From positions 1-45,430 of the forward strand of contig JAFZRM010000030.1 of NCBI GenBank assembly GCA_017619885.1: a DNA stretch of 45,430 nucleotides. The letters run 5' to 3'. This stretch comes from Clostridia bacterium (GTDB lineage: Bacteria; Bacillota; Clostridia; Oscillospirales; CAG-272). Position 1 is the first letter of the stretch. The number at the start of each line of letters is the position of its first letter. Under the pieces are notes generated by a model that saw only the letters and a list, made by a program, of their open reading frames with translations, was not told the origin of the DNA and ran no database searches. A program made the translations under genes and the position numbers. Of the stretch, positions 7,196-15,324 are shown piece after piece.

Positions 7196-8248
7196 ATGAT
7201 AAATATCAGCGATGATTTTGCTGACGTCAAACGTGTTGAAGCGTTCATTGACAAGCTTCCGGTACAGCCCGATCCTTCCGGTTTAATCGAGCTCAGCACG
7301 GACAACGGGAACAAGACGTATCGATATTACGTCGAAAACGACATACATAACGACAAGCTGTTGATCTTTGAGCCGATCAAAGGCATAAAACACGTCGTCT
7401 ATAGATCTCTGAGAGAAGATGAAAAACTGAAATATGCCGCAACTCCCGACGGTCGTGTTTTCTATTCAAATAACGCGCCCGGGAGCCACCGCATGTTTAT
7501 CAACAGGCTTCTCAGGCTGAATATACTGTCATGCTTCGACCCGAACGGGTTTGTAGCCGGATGCAATTATGATCCTATATGTTATCTCGGCGCAGATACA
7601 GATCACGTTGTATTTTCGGACGATAAAAACGTCATTAAGGCCGCGTCGGACGGAACGGAGACCGTTCTTTTCGAAGCTCCGTATGACTCTGATCTCTACC
7701 AGTATCTTGACCGCGACCATATTTTCGTATTTCACAAGAGTATACATAACAAAGTTAAGTACTGCGAATTTTATGACGAAACGGGAAAACTGCTGGATGG
7801 CCCTACCGACAGTTCCCGTGTTCTCGCTGTAGCGGGTTATCTCGTAAAGCTGATCATCGACGAAGACTCGTTTGTTCGCCTTATATTTAAGCGCCGCAGA
7901 AAAGCTGAGCAGAAAGTCGCCGACTTTCTCGAAAACGGATTTGAAGAAGATACCGTCACATACAACGTCTTATTCTCAATGATTAACGCGTGCACGCAGG
8001 CGCACGTCGTGACCGATCATAAGCTGCGTAATAATCTCGTGAAGGTTCTTAACTTTTACATACAGCTCGGGATCAGCGCCGATGTCTTCACCATGGCGTT
8101 TTTCGATATTTATAATCACTACGACGACTTAAACGAGGAAATGGTATCATGCCTCGAAAAGCTCGCAAACGACACGTCGCTTTCCTTTGAGGAAAGGCGC
8201 GCAATAGCTGCAAATGCTGATAAATTTATTAAATACAAGGAGAAATAA
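7196..8248 (+). CDS. hypothetical protein B (350 aa): beta-rich N-terminal half, helical C-terminal half
   Basis: AGGAGG 8 nt upstream of the ATG (MINISDDF). Same strand and composition as neighbours. No family recognised. Confidence 0.75.
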   Translation: MINISDDFADVKRVEAFIDKLPVQPDPSGLIELSTDNGNKTYRYYVENDIHNDKLLIFEPIKGIKHVVYRSLREDEKLKYAATPDGRVFYSNNAPGSHRMFINRLLRLNILSCFDPNGFVAGCNYDPICYLGADTDHVVFSDDKNVIKAASDGTETVLFEAPYDSDLYQYLDRDHIFVFHKSIHNKVKYCEFYDETGKLLDGPTDSSRVLAVAGYLVKLIIDEDSFVRLIFKRRRKAEQKVADFLENGFEEDTVTYNVLFSMINACTQAHVVTDHKLRNNLVKVLNFYIQLGISADVFTMAFFDIYNHYDDLNEEMVSCLEKLANDTSLSFEERRAIAANADKFIKYKEK

Positions 8249-8249
8249 C

Positions 8250-9344
8250 ATGAACACGAATCACGAAACCGAAACGGCGCGCGAACTCACGAAAGAGTAT
8301 TGCGGAACGATCATCAACGTTATCAACGACCGGAATCAAGTCCGTCTGTTAAGAAATGTCATACGGTCTTTCAGGCGCATCGGCATCGAAGACTACGAAA
8401 TGCCTGAAGCCATCGCCATTGTGATCGAAAACGGCTCCTTGAAGGAAAAGCTGATCAAAAACATAATCCGGATAGAAAAAAGAGGCGGTATGGACCGTGA
8501 TCAGAAGCTGGAATATGTAAAGGGACTCATTGCAGCAAAAAATTCCGAAAAATTCGCGTCGCTTTGTCCGGTCATCAAAGAGCCTTTCGAGGATTCTGAC
8601 GGTCATGACGATCCTGACGATCCTTACGATATTTATAAACCGCTCGAAAAACTCAGAAGATTCTCGTTCGATCCGGATCCTTTTGAAACGGGGGACCTCA
8701 TCGATTTTACAGACGTTGTACTGAGGCGTTATGACAAATACAAATTCAGCACAAATGAACGCGTAAAAGAGTTCTGGGTCACCAATGCAATAAAAATCTC
8801 CGAGGAACTCAGCCAGCACACAGACCGGAACATATCGGCAGTAACGGACGATCTCATTCTGAATACGGTATGCAGGATGGTAAGCGATGAGGTTAACAGT
8901 CACAAGATTTCCGTCCCTGAAATCGACTGGATCATGATGTCTGAAACCGTCAAATCTGTTTTTGACAGTTGGTACGATATCAATTATCTCTGCTTCTATT
9001 GCGACAGTCCTTACGCTAAGCTTCTCAAAATAGGAAATTATCTGCGTATAAACTATGACGATGGTTCTGAAACAGAAGACGACGATTCGTCTGGCAGCAT
9101 CTGGTCCTTAGACCGTTTTGAAAACAACAATAGAATCATATATCAGATCGTTTCACGCCCTGAGAGATATGAAAACATAGACGAAATGATTGCTGTCAGG
9201 AAGAATCCGAGGGACGGCTATCCCGGCAGAACGATCATGGTAGAGAATTGGATCAATTCATATGACGTGCATTCGATGGATAAGAATGAAGCCGGTCTTT
9301 ACGCGGTTAACGTCAAACGCGTTCATTTCAGTGACAACATATAA
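8250..9344 (+). CDS. hypothetical protein C (364 aa), acidic
   Basis: AAGGAG upstream. The ATG lies 1 nt after the stop of B (ggagaaaTAAcATG). Confidence 0.75.
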   Translation: MNTNHETETARELTKEYCGTIINVINDRNQVRLLRNVIRSFRRIGIEDYEMPEAIAIVIENGSLKEKLIKNIIRIEKRGGMDRDQKLEYVKGLIAAKNSEKFASLCPVIKEPFEDSDGHDDPDDPYDIYKPLEKLRRFSFDPDPFETGDLIDFTDVVLRRYDKYKFSTNERVKEFWVTNAIKISEELSQHTDRNISAVTDDLILNTVCRMVSDEVNSHKISVPEIDWIMMSETVKSVFDSWYDINYLCFYCDSPYAKLLKIGNYLRINYDDGSETEDDDSSGSIWSLDRFENNNRIIYQIVSRPERYENIDEMIAVRKNPRDGYPGRTIMVENWINSYDVHSMDKNEAGLYAVNVKRVHFSDNI

Positions 9345-9357
9345 TACGGAGGTTAAT

Positions 9358-11109
9358 ATGAAAGAGTACGCCACACGCTGGTTGTCCCCCTATTTATACA
9401 GAGACACCTCAAATCTCAGGCTTATGTACTGCAATTCCGTTATCGGCAGAAGAAAAAGCAGAAAGCAGGAAGAGCGGATAGACGAGGAAACAAGAATATT
9501 TGAAAATAACCCTCGTCTTGCAAACCGGTGCTTAACTTCGGTTTACTATCTGAAGTACCTTAATGAAAAAATCTCGGCCAACGGTTGTGTTATGCCGTGG
9601 AACGAGCCCTTGTGGTCGAGCGAAATCGTTTCTGCCGCTTTAGGCACTCCTTTTTCGCCCGTTGAAAACGAGCTGCCTTTCATTGACAGGGACTTCAATC
9701 AGCTCGTTATGTTCCCCGAGCCGGAAGATCTCCCCGAACTGATCGTCCTTGCGAATGAAAACTGTATGGGAGAGGTCAAAAAACTGACGGACGACTTCAA
9801 GAAAATTATAACTGATCCCGATATTATTGACACTGCGGACAAGCAGAAGTTTTTTGTCCGGGTCATCCCCATCAGCACCGATAGCCTCGCTTTGCTGTCG
9901 TGTTTCCAGAAAAACTATAAAAAGAGCATACTTAAGCGCCTTCCGCTCATGGATCTGGATCGCATCCCGAACGAAGTCCGTTATCTTTTCCCGTTCGTCG
10001 TCAACAAGGTCAAGCTGGACGTAGGAGTTGAGCCGTCATTCTCTTACTGTGTTGACGATCTGGCAAAAAAACTCATGTATGAGTACGGAGACGTCAGTAA
10101 ATCGTTCGCTTTGGTGTTCGTCAACTACGTTTATTCGCTTTGTTTGTCTGACGCTCTCGATAAAGCCTCCGGAAACGAAAAACAGTATCTTGAGTTGCTT
10201 CCGGAGAATACTCTTCTCGGCTACAGACATCTCGTTAAACATAACGCCGTTTACACGACCAAAGAATCCGTGGAACATCTGCTGTTTCATTTCAAGAATT
10301 ATCCGACAAAAAGCGAATATGAACGGAAAATGCTGCTTGAACGCTCATATTACACTTACTACGAGGATAAATGGCTTGAAGAAGAAGCCCGGCAATACAT
10401 ATACAAAGAAATCAAGCAGATCTGCAACGAATGGCCCTGCTATGATTTTCCGTGTGTCGTTGTCGAAATGTTGAGAGATAAGAAGAACGAAGTGGCGGAT
10501 ACAGTCCTTTCTTGGACCGGATCCCGCAATGTCGATCAGATTAATAAGCAAACGCTCCGCGAATATATCGGAGAGGCTGCCGCGGTACTTTATCGGAGCT
10601 GCTTTTCGCCTAAATCCATAGTATTCTGCGATGAATCGACCGAAGGTATTCCTTACGAAGAAGTAAGCTATCTGGATTACGTTGACTACGTTTCCAACTT
10701 GAATCTTATCCCCGACGATAAAGAATTCAAGCATTTTGATCATGCATCGTGGATACTCGTTTATAACCCCGATGATTTGGAGATGACGTGTTCTAAGATT
10801 TGCAATTTCATAACGGTATCCGCGGCTTCTGACAACACGCAAAAGCGTACTTTCCAGGTAGTTCGTCGCCGTTTATACAGCAGCATCGAGGATGCGATGG
10901 ATGATCTTGGGACGGAGCCTCTCGGCTTTGCAAACACAAGCGAAAAAGAAGCGATCAAAATAATCAAAAAGGCGAATGCACGGCACGAAATAGCAGATGA
11001 AAAAGAGGGGGTCATCGCTCTTAAGCTGATGCCTTTCAACGAAACACTGTTCGACCCGGCAGCAGCCGAACGGGATGGGGAGGAAATCAAACATGAAAAA
11101 GCACTCTGA
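9358..11109 (+). CDS. hypothetical protein D (583 aa)
   Basis: GGAGG 6 nt upstream of the ATG at 9358 (MKEYATRW). Long uninterrupted ORF. No family recognised. Confidence 0.75.
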   Translation: MKEYATRWLSPYLYRDTSNLRLMYCNSVIGRRKSRKQEERIDEETRIFENNPRLANRCLTSVYYLKYLNEKISANGCVMPWNEPLWSSEIVSAALGTPFSPVENELPFIDRDFNQLVMFPEPEDLPELIVLANENCMGEVKKLTDDFKKIITDPDIIDTADKQKFFVRVIPISTDSLALLSCFQKNYKKSILKRLPLMDLDRIPNEVRYLFPFVVNKVKLDVGVEPSFSYCVDDLAKKLMYEYGDVSKSFALVFVNYVYSLCLSDALDKASGNEKQYLELLPENTLLGYRHLVKHNAVYTTKESVEHLLFHFKNYPTKSEYERKMLLERSYYTYYEDKWLEEEARQYIYKEIKQICNEWPCYDFPCVVVEMLRDKKNEVADTVLSWTGSRNVDQINKQTLREYIGEAAAVLYRSCFSPKSIVFCDESTEGIPYEEVSYLDYVDYVSNLNLIPDDKEFKHFDHASWILVYNPDDLEMTCSKICNFITVSAASDNTQKRTFQVVRRRLYSSIEDAMDDLGTEPLGFANTSEKEAIKIIKKANARHEIADEKEGVIALKLMPFNETLFDPAAAERDGEEIKHEKAL

Positions 11110-11644
11110 TGTATTTCGCATTGTCGGATCCGCATTCGGGCCTGTTTTGGGATTTATCATACTTTATCTTTTTGGACTTAACTTTATGATGCGTTTTCTG
11201 ATTTACATCAACATCGCAATACACTATGATACGGGCTCTTATCCTTTATTCGAATGGTCAAACGAGCACCTGGCTTACCTCAATCTGGCACTGACAATAA
11301 TAATCGTTTTCTGCGGTATACGTTTTTTAACGAAGATCAAATCATATAAAACGCTGTCCGTTATCGCCTTGTCCTTCTGTGCGTTTTACACGATCATCTT
11401 CTTCGTTTTGAACACATACATTAAAGCGCTGAATGCAGAGCAAATATTCTACACTTGCGAACCGTTCTCATTCATATGGGACGAATACTGCCATGCCGAA
11501 TTATCATCTCCGAGAGGATGGGGACTGTTATCGTTGGCATTCTTCGGCATTTCCGTCCCGCTCTCGATCGTCATTGTCATAAAGCCGGTCATAAGCCGCC
11601 TTATCAATAAAATCGGAAAGAGGTTTTCACATGAAAAAGAATAA
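11093..11644 (+). CDS. small integral membrane protein E (183 aa, about 4 TM segments)
   Basis: Four long hydrophobic stretches. GGAGG upstream. The start overlaps the end of D by 17 nt. Confidence 0.7.
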   Translation: MKKHSDVFRIVGSAFGPVLGFIILYLFGLNFMMRFLIYINIAIHYDTGSYPLFEWSNEHLAYLNLALTIIIVFCGIRFLTKIKSYKTLSVIALSFCAFYTIIFFVLNTYIKALNAEQIFYTCEPFSFIWDEYCHAELSSPRGWGLLSLAFFGISVPLSIVIVIKPVISRLINKIGKRFSHEKE

Positions 11645-12194
11645 GCTGTTTCTTGTTTTAATTACGTCTGTCATACTGTGCGTCGTCCTGATCGTTTCTC
11701 TTCCCTCCTGTATCGTTACCTCAAAAAGCTCGGATACAACCGAAGAGAATACCGACGAGGGATCTGATGTAACCGTCGACATTGAAGGTTATTCATTTGA
11801 TGATATAGACGAGCTTCTCAGCGATGATTATTCTGAAGGAAACTATCAGCATAATCATAAAATTGAGATCTCGATCGAACTGGTAAAAGTACGGATCAAA
11901 GAGACGTATAACGATATACTTAAACAACTGGATGAGCTTTACGTCGCGATGTCCGAGAATGAGTACTTGCTTCACTATGAACGCGAAGACTATGACGCCC
12001 GCTTCGTCGTTCCGTTCAAGGAGTACTATACCAAGCAGATGAGCGTTCTGGCGGAGGGAGAAACCGCGCTTTCAGCGTTGGCCGGATTGTCTACGATGGG
12101 CGGAACAGCCGGGACTTCTATCGGATTGATGAAGATCTATACTCAGTATCGTAACTTTTATGATCTTCTGCTCGAGATCGATGGTATGTTTTAA
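11631..12194 (+). CDS. secreted/lipoprotein-like protein F (187 aa)
   Basis: MKKNKLFLVLITSVILCVVLIVSLPSC is a signal peptide with a lipobox-like LPSC, followed by an acidic linker. The start overlaps E by 14 nt. Confidence 0.7.
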   Translation: MKKNKLFLVLITSVILCVVLIVSLPSCIVTSKSSDTTEENTDEGSDVTVDIEGYSFDDIDELLSDDYSEGNYQHNHKIEISIELVKVRIKETYNDILKQLDELYVAMSENEYLLHYEREDYDARFVVPFKEYYTKQMSVLAEGETALSALAGLSTMGGTAGTSIGLMKIYTQYRNFYDLLLEIDGMF

Positions 12195-12306
12195 GCAGTA
12201 ACACTATTGGACCGTCGTATAAGCGTTAAAACGTTTTCATACTACCCAAACAACGTCAAACATAATACTTATGAGAATTTTATAACAATCAAAGGAGAAA
12301 CGAAAA

Positions 12307-12954
12307 ATGCCCACTTTTGCAACAGCAAGAATGAAATGCGCCGTGTGCGGCAAAGAAAGCGCTCACAGGGTCATATACAGTACCAACTGTTTCGGCTCTT
12401 CCGATCTGGACACGCGTCCGCCCGAAATGAAAAGAAGCACGATGGATTTCTGGGTTCAGGAATGTCCGAAATGCGGTTTTGTATCCGGGAGAATTGACGA
12501 CAGTACATCCATAACGCCCGAATTTCTTGAATCATCATCGTATAAAACGTGCGATGAGCTTTCGTTCAACTCGAAACTCGCGTCACGTTTTTACAGGCAA
12601 TACATGATCAAAGCATACGAAAACAACGAACGGGAGGCTTTCTTTGCATTGCTGCACGCTGCATGGGCATGCGACGATATGAACGACACCGAAAATGCGG
12701 CTTATTGCAGACGGGCTTCATAGCCATTTCTTGAGAGATTGATCGAACAATGCTCGAAAGACGCCGATCAACTCAGAGTTCTGAAAGCCGATGTAATGCG
12801 CCGTGCTTCATTATTTGAAGAACTTGCAGAAGAGTATGCGACCGTGCGTTTTTCCGACGATATACTGAATCACATCATCTCTTACCAGCTGTTTTTGGCT
12901 GCAAAAAAAGATACCGCGTGCCACAAGGTCGCAGACGCGGTAAACTTCCACTAA
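12307..12954 (+). pseudogene. zinc-ribbon + helical-repeat protein (DUF2225-like?) interrupted by a single in-frame TAG at 12721-12723
   Basis: ORFs 12307-12723 and 12739-12954 are in the same frame (both coordinates are 1 mod 3), separated only by TAG plus 5 sense codons. AAAGGAG SD upstream of 12307. CAVCGK...CPKCGF ribbon. Confidence 0.6.
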
Positions 12955-13003
12955 GCGAACAACAACGACGGTCAAGAAATAACAAACTGTCGGTCACATT
13001 CGA

Positions 13004-13789
13004 TCATTCGAACGTCTTCAACGGGAACCTCGGCTGCTCTTTTTCCAGAAGGCTCTTGACAGTATTGTACGTGTTAAGCCAATGATCTATGTTCAGATAC
13101 TCATCTCCGGTATGCTCATTGCAGTATCCGACACTGAAATTGACGCCGCAGATCTTTCTGCATAAAACCACGATATCCGTCCTCGAGGTTCTTCCCGCAT
13201 CGACGAAAGAAGTCTGCGATTCGATATAATCGCGGAATTCGTCTGTGACCGGCAGCGAATACGTTTTATAGTCGTTTCCGTTTCTTCTGTCAAGCTGTAT
13301 CATGTAATTATGTTCGTTTATTTCTTCAGCGATATCCGGATAATTCGACATCAGAAAATGCGCTCCTATCTGACCGTGCTCTTCACCGTCTGTCACCAAG
13401 AGGGAATGTCCGCTTTTTCTGAGCAGCCACAGCATTGCACAGCCGGCCCTGTCGTCTGCGCCTATTCCCCAGACATCCGATCCGCCCTGCCGTATGATGT
13501 TGCCGTCAATGGATATGCGATGTATCCTGTGCATCATATTCTTTTCCTCGAAATAGGCTTTCCAGGGATCCGAAGAATAGTATTTGTCCCATACGGTATC
13601 CGCGTGCGCGACAAGCAATACACGGTCTTTTCGCGTTCCCGGAACATAGACAAAATTATTTTTACCGCCGCCAAGAACCGGTATCGCCCCATCTAGCGAT
13701 AGAAACTTATCAAAAACCGGCATAGAATCTTCCAAATCACATGAAAGAAAACCGAATAATATCATTTTCTCAAGCAATTTATTACTCAT
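13004..13789 (-). CDS. M28/M42-like metallopeptidase-fold protein (261 aa)
   Basis: VLLVAHADTV..., GIGADDRAGCAML..., TDGEEHGQIGA... and a late NEH/IDH match the His/Asp/Glu-Glu metal-ligand pattern of the M28/M42/M20 clan. GGGGAGG SD upstream of the ATG at 13789. Confidence 0.6.
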   Translation of the reverse strand: MSNKLLEKMILFGFLSCDLEDSMPVFDKFLSLDGAIPVLGGGKNNFVYVPGTRKDRVLLVAHADTVWDKYYSSDPWKAYFEEKNMMHRIHRISIDGNIIRQGGSDVWGIGADDRAGCAMLWLLRKSGHSLLVTDGEEHGQIGAHFLMSNYPDIAEEINEHNYMIQLDRRNGNDYKTYSLPVTDEFRDYIESQTSFVDAGRTSRTDIVVLCRKICGVNFSVGYCNEHTGDEYLNIDHWLNTYNTVKSLLEKEQPRFPLKTFE

Positions 13790-13904
13790 ATATATCCTCC
13801 CCATAGTTAATAAGCAATCGGGCAATATAAAGGCAAAACGATCTGCGAGGCATTCATCTCGTCCACGCCTGAAGACGGTCGTTTGCACATTTCAATAATA
13901 CTCT

Positions 13905-14594
13905 TCAGATCTGCTTTTTGACCCACATTACAGGCCGGACTCCGATCTCAGATGAAATGTTTATACCGTCTCTCTGAATTTCGCCGTCGGCAGAAACGAA
14001 GGCAGCTTTGCTGTAATCAGAACCCGGCGAACGCAGCCACCAGCGACAGGCTCCGTGTGCGTCACTGTTCTTTCGTTCGGCATATTCCGTCGCTGTGCAT
14101 TTTAAATATCGGCTCATTCTAAGAGAAAAAACCATGCGCGCTTCATAGTAACTAAACAAAAAAACTTTGTCTTTCGTATCCTCTTCAAAATCCTGCCGTT
14201 CATCAGGACAGCACCAAGCCGGTCGTATAAGTTTTTTTTCTTCCGGAGAAAATGCGGAGTTGTAAAAATCATCGTTCAGCCATTTTCTGATAGATGAGTC
14301 TGCCCAAGTTATATCCTTGTGACTATCGTCATAACTTCGTATGTCCAGGGCATTTTTGGTGATAACAAGATACTTTTCTGTGTTATCATGTTCAATCCAC
14401 TCTTGCAAGATGATCCATTCAAGAGGCGTCTTCACTGCACCGACAGATTTCGTGAATTGCCCGAACGTCAGTGTTGAACCAACTTTCTGCGATCCGTAAA
14501 CCAGCTCCGGCATTTTCTTCTCCAGTTCTTCCGATATGATCGGTTCTTCGATCTTGGAAAAATCGTACTTTTTGGTCTTATTTGCGGAATTCAT
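13905..14594 (-). CDS. DUF6273 domain protein (229 aa)
   Basis: LEWIILQE..., ITWADSSIRKWLNDDFYNSAFSPEEKKLI, DKVFLFSYYEA, CRWWLRSPG and GVRPVMWV are hallmark strings of the Firmicutes DUF6273 family. GGAG 8 nt upstream of the ATG at 14594. Confidence 0.7.
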   Translation of the reverse strand: MNSANKTKKYDFSKIEEPIISEELEKKMPELVYGSQKVGSTLTFGQFTKSVGAVKTPLEWIILQEWIEHDNTEKYLVITKNALDIRSYDDSHKDITWADSSIRKWLNDDFYNSAFSPEEKKLIRPAWCCPDERQDFEEDTKDKVFLFSYYEARMVFSLRMSRYLKCTATEYAERKNSDAHGACRWWLRSPGSDYSKAAFVSADGEIQRDGINISSEIGVRPVMWVKKQI

Positions 14595-14613
14595 TTTTAT
14601 TTCTCCGATCTCT

Positions 14614-14751
14614 TTATTTGTTGTTTGTTCCATACAGGGGATAACGGTAACAAGCCCAAATCTCCTTCTGACATTTTGAGCAGTTTGTATAATTTGCATA
14701 TCGGCTAAGTAAAACTTTCAGAGCGAGTACGCGGGCAGAAATCGTTTTCAT
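14614..14751 (-). CDS. candidate 45-aa small ORF upstream of the DUF6273 gene
   Basis: Not in the supplied track (under 60 aa). Hand translation gives MKTISARVLALKVLLSRYANYTNCSKCQKEIWACYRYPLYGTNNK. AAAGGAG lies 8 nt upstream of the ATG. The stop is 20 nt before the next gene's ATG. Confidence 0.3.
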   Translation of the reverse strand: MKTISARVLALKVLLSRYANYTNCSKCQKEIWACYRYPLYGTNNK

Positions 14752-15015
14752 TGTGTTTTCTCCTTTCGTTTTGAAGACGGTTCTCCGTCTTTCTGCTTAT
14801 TATTGTATATGTTTATGCGACGCTGCGATCAGTCAAATTTTCGCGTTTCCGATGATATTTACGATCACATAATATCATTTCCGAGATTAGCGCATTTGTA
14901 TTATAGCATGTTTTTAGGAATTTGTCAAGACGATCTTCAAACTTTTTCTACGATTATTGTCTTTTGCTTCAGAAGACTTGTATTCAACTGTTTATCATAT
15001 AACAATGGCAATGTC

Positions 15016-15216
15016 ATGAAAGAGATTCAATGTGGCAAAACAGGCAGAGGGCGTGATTATATTTCAGAAGTTATTTATGATCCTTATGTACAATATGATA
15101 AAACAAATATTCTCCTTAATCACACGCTTACCGTTTACGGAATGAGACATCCGTCCTCCAAATGCGGTTACGATCCCGAAAAATATTCAGTTTTTTTGAA
15201 ATCAAAGCTGAATTGA
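15016..15216 (+). CDS. possible small hypothetical protein (66 aa, MKEIQCGKTG...)
   Basis: The ORF ends 16 nt before a strong bidirectional terminator, which argues for some plus-strand transcription. There is no SD and the start is uncertain. Confidence 0.2.
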   Translation: MKEIQCGKTGRGRDYISEVIYDPYVQYDKTNILLNHTLTVYGMRHPSSKCGYDPEKYSVFLKSKLN

Positions 15217-15231
15217 TAAATATGATAATTC

Positions 15232-15269
15232 AAAAAGCGTCTTTCATATCATCGTGAAAGACGCTTTTT
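15232..15269. terminator. bidirectional rho-independent terminator
   Basis: AAAAGCGTCTTTCA-8 nt-TGAAAGACGCTTTT forms a 14-bp stem with A/T runs on both sides, between convergent ORFs. Confidence 0.8.
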
Positions 15270-15324
15270 ATGTAAAGTTCCCGTGTTTTGACGTGCTCCC
15301 GCTTTCATAAGTTGTTGTTTTATG

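Noticed and set aside
12207-12497. 96-aa ORF overlapping the start of the zinc-ribbon gene
   Set aside because: It uses a different frame across an SD-equipped, motif-bearing gene. It has no SD and its product is basic and low-complexity.
12721-12723. TAG reassignment (alternative genetic code) in the island
   Set aside because: There is only one in-frame TAG in the window. All other island genes read cleanly and end in TAA or TGA, and a confident host gene (36841-37887) terminates on TAG. A nonsense mutation or sequencing error is more parsimonious.
14803-15015. Longer 137-aa version of the plus-strand ORF ending at 15216
   Set aside because: It would need a TTG start with no SD. The N-terminal part is AT-rich intergenic-looking sequence with promoter-like boxes. 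Only the C-terminal 66 codons are kept, as a low-confidence feature.
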